64,000 bases of DNA from a virus. The position numbers were made by a program, and so were the translations under genes. The notes beneath the pieces are model-generated. The model saw only the letters and a list, made by a program, of their open reading frames with translations. It searched no databases and was not told where the DNA came from. Below, piece after piece: positions 63,347-64,000 of the stretch (the first letter of the stretch is position 1; each line of letters begins with the position of its first letter). The stretch covers positions 36,108 through 100,107 of the IMG/VR virus record IMGVR_UViG_3300025666_000003. The stretch is one strand, 5' to 3'.

Positions 63347-63365
63347 TAAGCAAATATAATAAATC

Positions 63366-63596
63366 TTATTTACTAAGAATACCTTTAGCAATAGATATTC
63401 CTAACATTGTACCTGAGTAAGCCCACATAGGATTCAATATCTCAGATGCTACTGTATACCAATCTAACCCACTTACTATGGCACCTGTTGCTGCTAGTAG
63501 ACCTACAATAATTCCCATAAAACGTTTAGATGAAAACTTACCAGTACCTTTTGGTGTTTCTTCTGAAAAAATGTCATTAACAAATTTTTTCATCAT
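63366..63596 (-). CDS. Putative holin (2 TM)
   Basis: 76 aa, SSKRF followed by two hydrophobic segments. Upstream of the endolysin. Confidence 0.65.
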   Translation of the reverse strand: MMKKFVNDIFSEETPKGTGKFSSKRFMGIIVGLLAATGAIVSGLDWYTVASEILNPMWAYSGTMLGISIAKGILSK

Positions 63597-63751
63597 TAAC
63601 TTTTAGGAGATACTTTTGCTGGTGAGTTCATTTTACGGTTTGTAGGAGTAGGTCTAGTTTGAACTGTTGCTTTCTTGTTCATTGATCTGTTAGCTGGTGT
63701 TGCTGTTCTTTGAACTGTTGCTTTCTTGTTTAAAGATGGAATTGTTTTCAT
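63596..63751 (-). CDS. Small basic repeat protein (51 aa)
   Basis: Hand-translated: MKTIPSLNKKATVQRTATPANRSMNKKATVQTRPTPTNRKMNSPAKVSPKS. TAATG overlap with the holin start. Confidence 0.7.
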   Translation of the reverse strand: MKTIPSLNKKATVQRTATPANRSMNKKATVQTRPTPTNRKMNSPAKVSPKS

Positions 63752-63766
63752 ATTATTATTATTTGT

Positions 63767-64000
63767 TTAGTTTTTAACTTTAGACATGCTTGTTACTCTT
63801 TTATTTAAAGCCTTAATGTCTTTTGATATACATTGAAATGTTTTTTCACTTGTGTCTTTATTATTATCCATTTCTTTTTTAATGTACTCTATGTTTCTTG
63901 CTTGAGTAGTTGCATTAACATCAACCTTTCTATGAATTTCGCTTACTTCCTGGCTTATTGTCATTGCATCTGGTGGCCTACAGTTGACAGCTTTATCTAC
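63767..64000 (-). CDS. Hypothetical coiled-coil protein, probably 5'-truncated by the window
   Basis: The frame stays open from the track start (63964) to the window edge (VDKAVNCRPPDAM...). Confidence 0.6.
   Translation of the reverse strand, partial: VDKAVNCRPPDAMTISQEVSEIHRKVDVNATTQARNIEYIKKEMDNNKDTSEKTFQCISKDIKALNKRVTSMSKVKN

Noticed and set aside
418-63359. About 35 short plus-strand ORFs in the track
   Set aside because: All lie antisense to minus-strand genes and have the L/F/S/I-rich composition of shadow frames.
1-64000. tRNA, rRNA, integrase or transposase genes
   Set aside because: Intergenic gaps are short and none showed a cloverleaf. No recombinase motifs were seen.

Overview
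This is an AT-rich segment of a crAss-like (Crassvirales-related) phage genome, probably infecting an aquatic Bacteroidota host. All credible genes lie on the minus strand and read in the standard genetic code. In transcription order (right to left) the window holds: a lysis cassette (holin, membrane/spanin-like protein, endolysin); small DNA-binding, Zn-finger and nuclease genes; terminase, portal, scaffold-like protein and major capsid protein; capsid/neck proteins; a Cys-rich fibre cluster; ring and muzzle tail proteins; four modular cargo proteins; two large ejected-type proteins; and a >3350-aa virion RNA polymerase that runs off the left edge and is absent from the ORF track. Two signals stand out. 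(1) The four cargo proteins (20354-32888) are built like polyproteins, with variable modules separated by about 25 copies of a short [AYFLM]-[QKRES]-x-G(G) motif. Three share a basic N-terminal leader, and an overlapping three share an acidic ~25-aa tag. Payloads include a beta-barrel-like module and a zincin. (2) Two candidate intergenic regulatory RNAs occur. One presents an 11-nt loop exactly antisense to the pre-AUG leader of two head genes. The other copies the 5' arm of the terminator downstream of one of those same genes. Product assignments come from motifs and gene order only; no database search was run and novelty is unverified.
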